From positions 12,628 through 76,627 of the forward strand of contig JAFXQI010000027.1 in assembly GCA_017527155.1 (NCBI GenBank): DNA of 64,000 bases, written 5' to 3'. Positions 7,581-16,619 of the stretch are shown in pieces (the stretch's first letter is position 1; the number at the start of each line of letters is the position of its first letter). The notes below the pieces were generated by a model, which was not told the origin of the DNA, made no database searches, and saw only the letters and a list, made by a program, of their open reading frames with translations. The DNA is from Kiritimatiellia bacterium. GTDB taxonomy: Bacteria > Verrucomicrobiota > Kiritimatiellia > CAIQIC01 > Lenti-01. The position numbers were made by a program, and so were the translations under genes.

Positions 7581-9577
7581 GGTGCGGGTGCCTCGGGGGC
7601 GGGGGACTCGGGTTCGGCGGCGGCGGGGGGAACGGCTTCGGCCAGGCGTCCGGCGAGGTCGCCGACGGTCGCGGCCGCGGCGTCGAGTTCGGCGGCGCGG
7701 TTGGCGATTTCGTCCGCGAGGGCGGCTACGGCGGCGGGGGTGGCTTCGGGAGAAGCGGCTTTTTCTGGCGTTTCCGCGGATTCGTCCTGTCCGGCGGCTT
7801 CGGCGGGCGCGGATTCCGCTTCCGCGGGGGCCGCGGGGGCTTCTTCCGCCGGCGTTCCGGCCGGGGCCTCGGCGGGCTTGCCGGCCTCGGCCTTGGGCTT
7901 TTCGGCCTGGGCGCGGGGGAGTCCGAGGGTGCCGTTGTAGAAGGCGATGACGCCGCCGTTGGCGACGAGGTTGTCGAGGTGCCGCAGGAGGTCCTGCACT
8001 TCCTTGGACTCGGCGTCGGCGCCGGGACGCAGCCCGTCGCGCAGGCTCTGGCGGGTGGCGCCGGGGTTGGCTTCCAGGAAGGCGACGATCTCCTTCACGA
8101 TGTCCGGCGCGGTGGCCAGGTCCACCGGGGAGGGGGCGATGGCGGTGACGTAGGTTTCGCGGGCGTTGATCTTGAAGAGGTGCATCTTCATGTGCCGGAA
8201 CGCCGGGCGCAGGGCGAGGGAGAGGGTGAAGGGGAAGCGGGTTTCGCGCTGCCACGCCATCGAGACTTCACGGCGGAGCGACGGGTCGTCGAAGCGGCGG
8301 GACACGGCGCCCGGCAGCATGCAGCGGGCGGACTCGCGGAGCATGCCGTTCACGCGGTTGCGCATCCAGTCCTGGGCCTCGGCCTTCGTCATCGCGGGGC
8401 CCTTCGGGGGCTCGGGGGCGGGGGCGGCTTCGGCGGCCGGGGCTTCGGCGGGGGCCGCTTCGGGGGCAGGTTCCGCGGGGGCTTCCGCTTCCGCGGCGGG
8501 CGCGGGGGCGGGAGCCGGGGCGGCGGCGGGTTCGCCTTCGGCGGGCTTGGGCTTGGGGAGGTACTCGGCCTTGAGGCGGTAGACGGTCTTCTTGCGCATG
8601 GACTCTTTCCACTGCTCCACCAGCGCCTCGTCGCGGACGGTCTCGATGTGCGAGAGGTACTCGGACTTGGGCATGTGGGAGAAGCGGGTGGACCAGAGTT
8701 CCTGGAGGCGCTCGTTGTAGCTGTGGTCGTTGGGCGGGCCGAGGAGTTCGCCGCTGAGCTGGCAGCGGGCGACGCAGGTGTAGGTGCCGGAGGGCGGCTC
8801 GACTTCGATTTCCTCGATGTCGAAGAACTTGCCGATGTGCTCGTTGAGCACGTGCGCTTCCGCGTTGGCGCGGGACAGGAACGCCCGGTGGCAGTCCAGG
8901 CATTGCGCGAAGAGTTTGCGCGGCTCGCCTTCCTGTTTCGGGGGCGGGAGTTCGAGCTTCACGAGATAGCGGTCGTCGCCGCCGAGGAAGAGGTTCGCGA
9001 TGTGGATCAGCGGAAACGCGCGGCGGCTCGCCTGGATGTCGCGCGCCACCAGCGCCAGGCGCTCGCGGTCGGGCAGGAACGAGACGTTCACGTCCAGGCG
9101 CGGCAACGGCTCGCGCGGGGGACCGCGGCGGTCGCCGCGGCGGTCGCCTTCGCGGCGGGGGCCGCGTTCGCCGTCGCGGCGCGGAGGACGTTCGCCTTCG
9201 GGCCGGTCCTTGCGGAAGCCGCCGGGGCCGCCGGCGGGAGCGCCGTCGCGCCGCGGACCGCGGTCGCGGAAGCCGCCGCCCTCGCGGCGCGGGCCGCGGT
9301 CGCCGTCACGGCGCTCGCGGTTGCCGCCATCCCTGCGGAACCCGCCCTCGCGGCGGTCCCCGTCGCGGCGGTCTCCGCCCCTGCGGAAGCCGCCGCCCCC
9401 GCCGCGGCGGAAGGGCGGACGCCCGCCACCATCCCCGAACTCCGCGCCCGCGTCCTCGCGGCCGGCGTACGGGTTCTCGGGCGGTTTGCGCGCCCAGTCC
9501 GGCGTGAAATCAAAATCGAGGGCCAGTTCCGGCTTTTCGTCCTTCGGCCCGTTTTCGGGGATGTTTTCGTTTTCCAT
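7577..9577 (-). CDS. Hypothetical protein with an Arg/Gly-rich (RGG-like) disordered N-terminus, a Cys/His-containing central domain and Ala/Pro/Glu-rich linkers
   Basis: Starts MENENIPENGPKDEK at 9577. A conserved-looking core (CLDCHRAF...YTCVARCQ) is in frame. The first ~275 codons of ORF 7577..10402 are shadow sequence. Confidence 0.55.
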   Translation of the reverse strand: MENENIPENGPKDEKPELALDFDFTPDWARKPPENPYAGREDAGAEFGDGGGRPPFRRGGGGGFRRGGDRRDGDRREGGFRRDGGNRERRDGDRGPRREGGGFRDRGPRRDGAPAGGPGGFRKDRPEGERPPRRDGERGPRREGDRRGDRRGPPREPLPRLDVNVSFLPDRERLALVARDIQASRRAFPLIHIANLFLGGDDRYLVKLELPPPKQEGEPRKLFAQCLDCHRAFLSRANAEAHVLNEHIGKFFDIEEIEVEPPSGTYTCVARCQLSGELLGPPNDHSYNERLQELWSTRFSHMPKSEYLSHIETVRDEALVEQWKESMRKKTVYRLKAEYLPKPKPAEGEPAAAPAPAPAPAAEAEAPAEPAPEAAPAEAPAAEAAPAPEPPKGPAMTKAEAQDWMRNRVNGMLRESARCMLPGAVSRRFDDPSLRREVSMAWQRETRFPFTLSLALRPAFRHMKMHLFKINARETYVTAIAPSPVDLATAPDIVKEIVAFLEANPGATRQSLRDGLRPGADAESKEVQDLLRHLDNLVANGGVIAFYNGTLGLPRAQAEKPKAEAGKPAEAPAGTPAEEAPAAPAEAESAPAEAAGQDESAETPEKAASPEATPAAVAALADEIANRAAELDAAAATVGDLAGRLAEAVPPAAAEPESPAPEAPAP

Positions 9578-9871
9578 GTCTGCCTGTTCCGTTTGGACCC
9601 TGCCGGGGGTTGGCCGGCAACGCCTGTGCGGGAGCCGCCGGCGGGCCGCTCCCGTGTTGTGTTTGTACCTCCGAACACCGGTGTCCCCGGCGTTCTCCTT
9701 TTCCATTACCACATTCCCCTTGCGCGCAAAAGTTTTTTCGCACGCACGCGGAAATGGGGTGCGGCCCCGCTCCCGGAGCCCTCCCGGTGCGGCGGCATGC
9801 TTTGCACTTGACGGCGCGGGGGGGGGTCGGGGTAAAACGCGCGCCGCAAGAAAACCCCTTCCAGAAAAGGA

Positions 9872-10522
9872 ATGCACATGAAACACAGCAACTTCCTCGC
9901 CTGCCTGCTGGCCCTCGCGACCGTCGCGGTCGCGCCCTCCGCGTTGGCCGGTGACCACCCCTTGTTCAGCATCGGCCTCGGCGGACAGTACTGGCTCGTC
10001 AAGGATGCCAAGGATGTCCTCGACGAAAACGGCCTGTGGGGCGGGAACATCCTCTTCCGCATCCAGCCCGTCGAATACATCGGAATCGACCTGCGGGCCG
10101 GTGCGTCCGGAGCCTGGGACACCGAATCCTGGCATGGTCCCCGCGGACGCAAGTACGAAGAGACCGCGACGTTCATGTGCTGCCCGGTCGAGGCCGGCCT
10201 GGTCCTGATCATCCCGATCGGCGACCGGTTCCAGATCTACGGCGGAGGCGGGGTCGGCTACTACTATTACGACATCGACATCAAGACCACCTCCCACCGG
10301 CACGGCCACTCCTACCGATCCGAATGGCACGACCACATCGACCTCGAGGACGACGTGGGCTGGTATGCGCTCGGGGGCCTGAAGATTTCCCTGGCGCCCC
10401 ACTTCGCGCTGTTCGGCGAAGCCCGCTACACCGGTACCGAAACCCGCTTCGAGGATGCCGACGACATCAAGATCGATTGCAGCGGCGTTGCCTTCCAGGC
10501 CGGCTTCATGTTCGATTTCTGA
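9872..10522 (+). CDS. Outer-membrane beta-barrel protein (OmpA-like / porin family)
   Basis: Signal peptide MHMKHSNFLACLLALATVAVAPSALA, alternating amphipathic strands, and a C-terminal GFMFDF with terminal Phe. Confidence 0.7.
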   Translation: MHMKHSNFLACLLALATVAVAPSALAGDHPLFSIGLGGQYWLVKDAKDVLDENGLWGGNILFRIQPVEYIGIDLRAGASGAWDTESWHGPRGRKYEETATFMCCPVEAGLVLIIPIGDRFQIYGGGGVGYYYYDIDIKTTSHRHGHSYRSEWHDHIDLEDDVGWYALGGLKISLAPHFALFGEARYTGTETRFEDADDIKIDCSGVAFQAGFMFDF

Positions 10523-10585
10523 GTGACCCGACCATCCGCGCAGGCAACGGCTCCGCCCCCCGGGCGGGGCCGTTTCCGTGCCCCT

Positions 10586-11521
10586 CTACCGTTCCGGCGG
10601 ACGGCGGCGTTCCAGCGTCGAGAGCCAATGCCGGAGCCGGTGTTGCAGATGAAGGACGCGGCCGTCCGGGTTTTCCTCCGCGAGAACACGGAGGATGGCC
10701 GCCTTCGTCGCCTCCGTCCGCTCTTCCGTCGCATGGGCGCTCCACTCATGCGAGATTCCAGAAAAACATGTGTGTTCCCTTCTGTTTTCTGCTCCTGCCC
10801 GCCGTCTCCCTCTCCCCCTCCGAACGGTGACGAGGCGCACGATGCCCAGCTTGGCTTCGACGGTACGGACGAGCGAGGCCAGCGACCGGTTCTCGCGGAG
10901 GATGGCGGCGAGACGGTGGCGGGCGGTGGAGAACGGCGCGGCGAGAGCGGTGGGGAGGGAGCGGTCGGCGGGGATGCCGTCCATCACCCATTCGAGGGGA
11001 ATGCGGTCGTCGAGGGAGAGGAGTTGGCGGAGGCGTTGGGCGGTTTTCTTGTAGCGCATGACCGTGGAATAGGGGACGGCGACGCGGCGGTCGGAGAGCC
11101 ATTGCTTGACGCCGCCGGGGTTCGACCGGATGACGGTCTTGCCGTTGCGGAGGGTGCGGCGGGCGATGGTTCGGTCGAGCGTGGGATCGAGGTCGGCCAG
11201 GCGGGAGCCGAGGCGCAGGCGTGTCTCCAGGGTGCGCGGGTCGGCGGTCCAGAGGTCTTCGAGGTCGGCGGGGGTGGGCGTGCCGCGGAGGGAGGGGGAT
11301 TCGGGGCGCCTTTCGCGGAGGCGGGCCCGGCGGCGGAGTTCGCCGATGGCCCAGGCGCCGATTTCGGTGACGGCAAAGGCGGCGAGGACGGCCGGGGTGA
11401 GGGCGAGGACGACCAGCGGGGCGTTGCGGCCGCCGGCGGCGTTGATGTCGCGGACCGCGCCGCCGATGGCGCCGAGCGCGCGGCCGGTGTTGTCGAGGAC
11501 GTTGGAGAGGTGGGTGTTCAT
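10586..11521 (-). CDS. Hypothetical membrane-anchored protein, paralog of 43094..43942
   Basis: Shared blocks with the 43-kb paralog: SLRGTPTPADLEDLW/SLRGAPTAAELAADCG, RLRLGSRLADLDPTLDR, YSTVMRYKKTAQRLRQLL. Start taken at ATG (MNTHLSNV); the listed ORF start is TTG. Confidence 0.55.
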   Translation of the reverse strand: MNTHLSNVLDNTGRALGAIGGAVRDINAAGGRNAPLVVLALTPAVLAAFAVTEIGAWAIGELRRRARLRERRPESPSLRGTPTPADLEDLWTADPRTLETRLRLGSRLADLDPTLDRTIARRTLRNGKTVIRSNPGGVKQWLSDRRVAVPYSTVMRYKKTAQRLRQLLSLDDRIPLEWVMDGIPADRSLPTALAAPFSTARHRLAAILRENRSLASLVRTVEAKLGIVRLVTVRRGRGRRRAGAENRREHTCFSGISHEWSAHATEERTEATKAAILRVLAEENPDGRVLHLQHRLRHWLSTLERRRPPER

Positions 11522-11641
11522 GGGGGGAAGGATGGAGGAAAACGATGGGGAATGCAAGGAGTTTTCTGGAATCTCTCATGATGGGAAGGGAGGGTGCATT
11601 TTGTGGTGGGGGGGGATGGCGGTTTCTGGTAGAGTCGGGGC

Positions 11642-12166
11642 ATGACGAAGAGAACGGATATCTCGGTACGCAACGCCTCGTTCGCCGACAGCGCGGGCAT
11701 CTTCCGGTGCATCAAGGCCTGGCCCGACGAGCTGGTGCCGCGGTCGATGAGCAACATCCTGCAGAACATCGACCGCTTCCTCGTGGCGGAGCGCGGCGGG
11801 GAGATCGTCGGGACGATCGCGTGGTCGATCCTGCCGGAACTGGACCCGGAGGCGAGCCCGTCGATCGAGATCCAGTCGGTGTCGGTGCGGCGCGACCTGC
11901 AGCGCGAGGGCATCGGCCGGCGGCTGGTGGAGCGGGCGATCCGGCGGGTGTCGAAGTACCGGCCGGGGCAGGTCATCGTGCTGACGTTCGCGCCGGAGTT
12001 CTTCGGGCGGCTCGGCTTCGTCCGCGTGTCGAAGGAAACGCTGATGTACAAGCTCTACAAAGGGTGCATGAACTGCGCGAAGTACTCCTCGCCGTTCACC
12101 TGCCCGGAAATCGCGATGGCGCTCCCCCTCGGCGGCGCCCGCAAGGCGAAGGGGGGCGAGGGATGA
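11642..12166 (+). CDS. GNAT family N-acetyltransferase
   Basis: IVGTIAWSIL...IQSVSVRRDLQREGIGRRLVERA is the acetyl-CoA-binding motif A region. Confidence 0.8.
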   Translation: MTKRTDISVRNASFADSAGIFRCIKAWPDELVPRSMSNILQNIDRFLVAERGGEIVGTIAWSILPELDPEASPSIEIQSVSVRRDLQREGIGRRLVERAIRRVSKYRPGQVIVLTFAPEFFGRLGFVRVSKETLMYKLYKGCMNCAKYSSPFTCPEIAMALPLGGARKAKGGEG

Positions 12167-13395
12167 GGGCGTTCCGGTTTTTCCCTGGCCTGTTGCTGGC
12201 CTCCGCGCTGCTGCTGGCGCCCCCCGCGGCGCGGGCGTGGAGCGGCAAGCACCACTACACGATCAACCGCGCGGCGATCTCGGCGGCGCCGCAGGAGATG
12301 GCGTCGGCGGGCTGGAAGTGGTTCGCCCAGCCGATGGCGTTCCCGGGCATCTACCCCGACCTCTGGAAGGGCGCCGACCCGGAGGAGGGTCCCCGCCACT
12401 ACTTCGAGCCGGACCGTCTCCCCCGCCATTTCGACCTCCAGACCCTGACGCGCGACGAGGCGGCGGAATTGAAACGCTTCCGCCTCTCGGCGGCGGACCT
12501 GGGCGAGGCCCCGTGGGTCATCGCGGACCTCGCGGACCGCATGACGGACGGCATGCGCAAGGGCGACTGGCTGGACGCCGCGCGCGCCGGCGCGACCCTC
12601 GGCCACTACGTCGGGGACATCCACGTCGCCCTGCACTGCACGAAGAACTTCAACGGCCAGGAAACGCGCCAGCACGGCGTGCACACCCGCATCGAGAGCG
12701 ACATGGCCAAGGCGTTCATCCGCCCCGAGGACCTGGAACCGCCGCCCGCCGAGTACCTCCCGGACGTCTTCCATGCGACCCTCTCGTGGATCGCCGACTC
12801 CTACGCGCTGGTTCCCGTATGGCTCGAAGCCGACATCCGCGCGACCGCCGCCGCCGGCGACCGCACCGACACCGAAGACTACTACACCGAACTCTGGGCC
12901 CTGCTCGGCGACTCCGTCAAGGACCGCCAGGCGCAGGCCATCGGCCACCTCGCGTCCATCTGGTACACCGCGTGGGTGGATGCCGGGCGCCCGGCGATCC
13001 CGCGGCGCGACTTCGACGAACTGCCCACCGCGTCGATCTTCTCCGGCGTGGAAATCCCGACCGACGGCGAGGAAGCGGCGAAGCAGACGCGCAAGAAGCC
13101 GCGCGACCCGTCGGCGGAGAAGTACGACCTGATCATCCGCGCGGTGATCGCCGCCATCGCCCTCCTCGTGATGGGCCAGACCCTGGTGCGGAACATCCGC
13201 AAGGGCGGCCGGCGCGGCGGCGGCGGCGGCAACTGGCCCCGCGGCGGCGGGAACGGCGGCGGCAAGCGCAACAACGGCGGCGGTGGCGGCACTCCCTCCG
13301 GCAATTCCGGCAACTCCGGCAACCGCCGCCGCAACAACCACGGCGGCAACCCCTCGGCGGCGCGCGCCGCGGCCCGCACCGCGCGCCGGCCATGA
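12163..13395 (+). CDS. Secreted S1/P1 nuclease / zinc-dependent phospholipase C-like protein with a Gly/Asn/Arg-rich C-terminal tail
   Basis: Signal peptide MRAFRFFPGLLLASALLLAPPAARAWS followed by WSGKHHYTINRAAI...HYVGDIHVALHCT. A 4-bp start/stop overlap on each side suggests an operon with the GNAT gene and tlyA. Confidence 0.6.
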   Translation: MRAFRFFPGLLLASALLLAPPAARAWSGKHHYTINRAAISAAPQEMASAGWKWFAQPMAFPGIYPDLWKGADPEEGPRHYFEPDRLPRHFDLQTLTRDEAAELKRFRLSAADLGEAPWVIADLADRMTDGMRKGDWLDAARAGATLGHYVGDIHVALHCTKNFNGQETRQHGVHTRIESDMAKAFIRPEDLEPPPAEYLPDVFHATLSWIADSYALVPVWLEADIRATAAAGDRTDTEDYYTELWALLGDSVKDRQAQAIGHLASIWYTAWVDAGRPAIPRRDFDELPTASIFSGVEIPTDGEEAAKQTRKKPRDPSAEKYDLIIRAVIAAIALLVMGQTLVRNIRKGGRRGGGGGNWPRGGGNGGGKRNNGGGGGTPSGNSGNSGNRRRNNHGGNPSAARAAARTARRP

Positions 13396-14144
13396 AGAAG
13401 CGCCGCCTGGACGTGCTGGTCGCCGCGCGCGGCCTCGCCGAGAGCCGCGAAAAGGCCCAGCGGCTCATCCTCGCCGGCGAAGTGCTCGTCGACGACGCGC
13501 CCGCCGGCAAGCCCGGCCACGAATATCCCGAGGACTGCGCCATCCGCGTCCGGCATCCCGAACGCTACGTCGGGCGCGGCGGACTCAAGCTCGACGGCGC
13601 CTTCGAGTCGTTCGCGGGGTTCGACCCGACGGGGGTGGTTTGCGCCGACGTCGGCGCCAGCACCGGCGGCTTCACCGACTGCCTCCTCCAGCACGGCGCG
13701 GCCAAGGTGTACGCCATCGACGTCGGCCACGGCCTGTTGCATCCGCGCATCGCCAACGACCCGCGCGTCGTCGTCATGGATGGCGTCAACGCCCGCAACC
13801 TCCAGGCCGCCGACCTGCCCGAAGCCGTCGATTGCGCCGTCACCGACGTCTCGTTCATCTCCCTCAAACTCATCCTTCCCGCCATCGACCGCATCCTGCG
13901 TCCCGGCGGCCAGGTCGTCGCCCTCATCAAGCCCCAGTTCGAAGCCGGACGCGAAGACGTCGGCCGCGGCGGCGTCGTTCGCGACGAAGCCGTCCGAGCC
14001 CGCGTCGTCGAGGAAATCCGCGCTTTCGGGACGGGAGAGGTCGGCTGGGAGTGGCTTGCCTGCCGCGAATCGCCCATCAAGGGGCCCGCGGGCAACGTGG
14101 AGTTCTTGAGCTGGTGGAGGAAGAAGGAGGGGGGGGCCAACTAG
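13392..14144 (+). CDS. tlyA: TlyA family rRNA (cytidine-2'-O)-methyltransferase
   Basis: S4 domain N-terminus (RLDVLVAARGLAESREKAQRLI) plus FtsJ-like MTase (CADVGASTGGFTDCLLQHGAAKVYAIDVGHG). The conserved tlyA-nadK order is kept. Confidence 0.85.
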   Translation: MKKRRLDVLVAARGLAESREKAQRLILAGEVLVDDAPAGKPGHEYPEDCAIRVRHPERYVGRGGLKLDGAFESFAGFDPTGVVCADVGASTGGFTDCLLQHGAAKVYAIDVGHGLLHPRIANDPRVVVMDGVNARNLQAADLPEAVDCAVTDVSFISLKLILPAIDRILRPGGQVVALIKPQFEAGREDVGRGGVVRDEAVRARVVEEIRAFGTGEVGWEWLACRESPIKGPAGNVEFLSWWRKKEGGAN

Positions 14145-14185
14145 ATATCTAGATATCTAGATATCTAGATTTCTAGGTATCTAGG
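14141..14185. repeat. (CTAGATAT)3-CTAGATTTCTAGGTATCTAGG palindromic repeat overlapping the tlyA TAG stop. It places stops in all six frames.
   Basis: Direct reading. CTAG is otherwise rare in this GC-rich DNA. Related TCTAGATATCTAG copies lie at 42013-42050 and 60024-60040, each at a TAG stop. Confidence 0.7.
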
Positions 14186-14219
14186 GGCGGGAAGAGGCCA
14201 TCGAAAAAGGAAAGCCCAC

Positions 14220-15089
14220 ATGATCATCGGAATCCAAGCCAACCTCGGCAAACCCGCCGCCGTCCCCGTGCTCGCGGAGCTCGCGGCCACGGCCAAGCGG
14301 CTCGGCGTGGAGCTGCGAGCCGCCGATCCCGCCGTCGCCAAGCTCGCCCCGGGATGCAAGACCGTCGCCCCGAGCCGCTTCGCGAAGGGCCTCGGCGGAC
14401 TCCTCTCCCTCGGCGGCGACGGCACCGTGCTGGCCGCCGTGCGCGCCCTCGACGGCGCCCCGGTGCCGATCCTCGGCGTCAACCTCGGCCACCTCGGCTT
14501 CCTGGCCGGCATGGGGGCCGGCGAAGCCCCGGCCGCGCTCGAACTGCTCGCCTCCGGCCACTACGAAACCGCCGAATACCCGCTTCTGGAAGCCCGCCTC
14601 CGCCGCGGAAAACCCGCGAAGACCCTCGTACGCGTCCGCGCCCTCAACGACATCGTCGTCGGGTGGGGCGTTTCCCCGCGCGTGACCGAGATCGAACTCG
14701 GCGTCGATGGCCGCGCGGCCACCTCCTACGTCTGCGACGGCCTGATCGTCGCCACGCCGGTCGGCTGCACGGGCCATGCCCTCAGCGCGGGCGGACCGAT
14801 CCTCGACCGTACCCTGCCGGCGGTGGTCGTCGAACCCATCTGCCCCCACACCCTGTCCAACCGTCCGCTGGTGTTGCCGAACGACCGCGTCCTGACTCTC
14901 CGCGTCTGCGGCCGTGCGAAGAAGCTGGTCCTCTCCGTGGACGGCCGCGACCAGGGCTGGGTCGAACCCGGCGACCGGCTGGAAATCCGCAAGGCCCCGT
15001 GCGGGGCCCGGTTCGTGCACCGCCCCGGCACCTGGTTCAACCACCTCTCCATCAAACTCCACTGGAGCGGCTCCAGCATCGAGCCCTGA
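14220..15089 (+). CDS. nadK: NAD(+) kinase
   Basis: GGDGTVLAAVRAL...NDIVV...DGLIVATPVGCTGHALSAGGPI motifs. Confidence 0.9.
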   Translation: MIIGIQANLGKPAAVPVLAELAATAKRLGVELRAADPAVAKLAPGCKTVAPSRFAKGLGGLLSLGGDGTVLAAVRALDGAPVPILGVNLGHLGFLAGMGAGEAPAALELLASGHYETAEYPLLEARLRRGKPAKTLVRVRALNDIVVGWGVSPRVTEIELGVDGRAATSYVCDGLIVATPVGCTGHALSAGGPILDRTLPAVVVEPICPHTLSNRPLVLPNDRVLTLRVCGRAKKLVLSVDGRDQGWVEPGDRLEIRKAPCGARFVHRPGTWFNHLSIKLHWSGSSIEP

Positions 15090-15125
15090 AGGGATGGAGA
15101 AAAGACGCGGGAGGGCGTATCCGGT

Positions 15126-16619
15126 TCAGGGGCCGAGGAGCCGGAGGTTGTTCTGCAGGACGGGGGAGTCGGGGGCGAGGGCGAGGGCGCGCTGCCAGTA
15201 GTCGCGGGCGCGGTCGCGGTCGCCGGCCTGGTAGGCGAGGGAGCCGAGGTTCGTCAGGACGTCGGGTTGGCCGGGCTGGATGTCGAGGCTCGCGCGCCAC
15301 TGCTCCAGCGCGGCCTGGACGTGGCCGCGCCTGGCGAGCAGCATCGCGGCGCGGTTTCGGGGGAGGACGGTCTTGGGATAGAGCTGGACGAGCTGGGCGT
15401 AGCAGGCGAGCGCGCCTTCTTCGTCGCCCGTCAGTTCGAGGGCGTGCGCGAGGTCTTCCAGCGCGGATTCGTCGCCGGGATGGATTTCCAGGGCGCGGCG
15501 GAAGTGGCGGATGGCGCGGGGCCAGTCTTCCTTTTCCGCGGCGCGGATGCCGGCCTGCAGGGCGGCGGTGAGCTGTCCGATGGGGTCGGCCTTGACGACG
15601 GGCGCGAGGAGGTTCTCGACCGGCGCCCAGTCGTCGGTGAGGACGCATTCGCCGTTGCGGGAGGCGAGGTCGGCGAACTGCGCGTCGGTGAAGGGGAGGC
15701 CCTCGAAGGCGGTCCCGGGGCGCATCCACGCGAGGACGTTTTCGAGGTCGAGGGGGGACTCGGCGCCCGCGAAGACGGTGGTGTTGCGGTTGTCGGGATC
15801 GGTGGTGACGGAGACGGCGCCGCGCCAGGGGAAGACGGACGCGAAGGTCTGGGCGACGGCGTTCATGAAGGCGCCGGGACGGAAGGCGTCGATGAGGTTC
15901 ATGACGTACAGGCCGCCGCCTCCGCCGGGCGCGCCGGGCTTGAGGAGGGCTTTGACGTCGGAGATGAATTCGCGGGTCGTCAGCTGGAAGGGGACGGAGT
16001 AGTCGCTCACGGAATCGCAGACGACGAGGTCGAAGGACGGGACGCTGCCGGGGGCTTCCTTGTTGCGGCGGACGGCGTCGGCGACGTAGTTGCGCGCGTC
16101 CATGTGGTGGATCTCGACGGGGGCGTCGGCGGGGAAGCCGAAGGCGTCGATGGCGGCGCGCGTGACGCCGGGGTCGATCTCGACGACGACGATTTCGCTG
16201 CCGGGGCGGGTGCGGGCGAGGTAGTTGGGGAAGACGTAGCCGCCGCCGCCGAGGAGCAGCAGCCGGACGGGCGCGGGGGCAGGGCCGGCGATGCGCGTGA
16301 CGAGGGCGTCGTAGACGCGCATGTAGGGGTACTTGAGGTCGGTGATGTCGTGGAGGTCCACTTCGCTGTGGCGGAGCTTGTCCTGGTAGAAGGCGCGGTG
16401 GTCGGGGTTGCCCGGTTCGGCGGTGACGGTCAGGATCTGGTACTGGGTCTCGGCGTAGTAGATGGCGTCGGGCTCGGACGGGGCGTCGCGCAGGAGCAGC
16501 CTGGAGCCGAGGCGGGCGGAGGGGGTGCCGTCGGGGGCGCACGCGAGCCAGAGCGCCGCCAGGAAGAGCAGCGCCAGCGCGGCGGCCGCCGCCGGCCAGA
16601 GGTCGCGGCGGGCGGTCAT
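15126..16619 (-). CDS. Spermidine/spermine synthase-like aminopropyltransferase domain fused to C-terminal TPR repeats
   Basis: LLLGGGGYVFPNYLAR...VVVEIDPGVTRAA...DLVVCDSVSD is the spermidine synthase fold. TPR repeats make up the last ~150 aa. The start overlaps the stop of the upstream membrane module. Confidence 0.7.
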   Translation of the reverse strand: MTARRDLWPAAAAALALLFLAALWLACAPDGTPSARLGSRLLLRDAPSEPDAIYYAETQYQILTVTAEPGNPDHRAFYQDKLRHSEVDLHDITDLKYPYMRVYDALVTRIAGPAPAPVRLLLLGGGGYVFPNYLARTRPGSEIVVVEIDPGVTRAAIDAFGFPADAPVEIHHMDARNYVADAVRRNKEAPGSVPSFDLVVCDSVSDYSVPFQLTTREFISDVKALLKPGAPGGGGGLYVMNLIDAFRPGAFMNAVAQTFASVFPWRGAVSVTTDPDNRNTTVFAGAESPLDLENVLAWMRPGTAFEGLPFTDAQFADLASRNGECVLTDDWAPVENLLAPVVKADPIGQLTAALQAGIRAAEKEDWPRAIRHFRRALEIHPGDESALEDLAHALELTGDEEGALACYAQLVQLYPKTVLPRNRAAMLLARRGHVQAALEQWRASLDIQPGQPDVLTNLGSLAYQAGDRDRARDYWQRALALAPDSPVLQNNLRLLGP

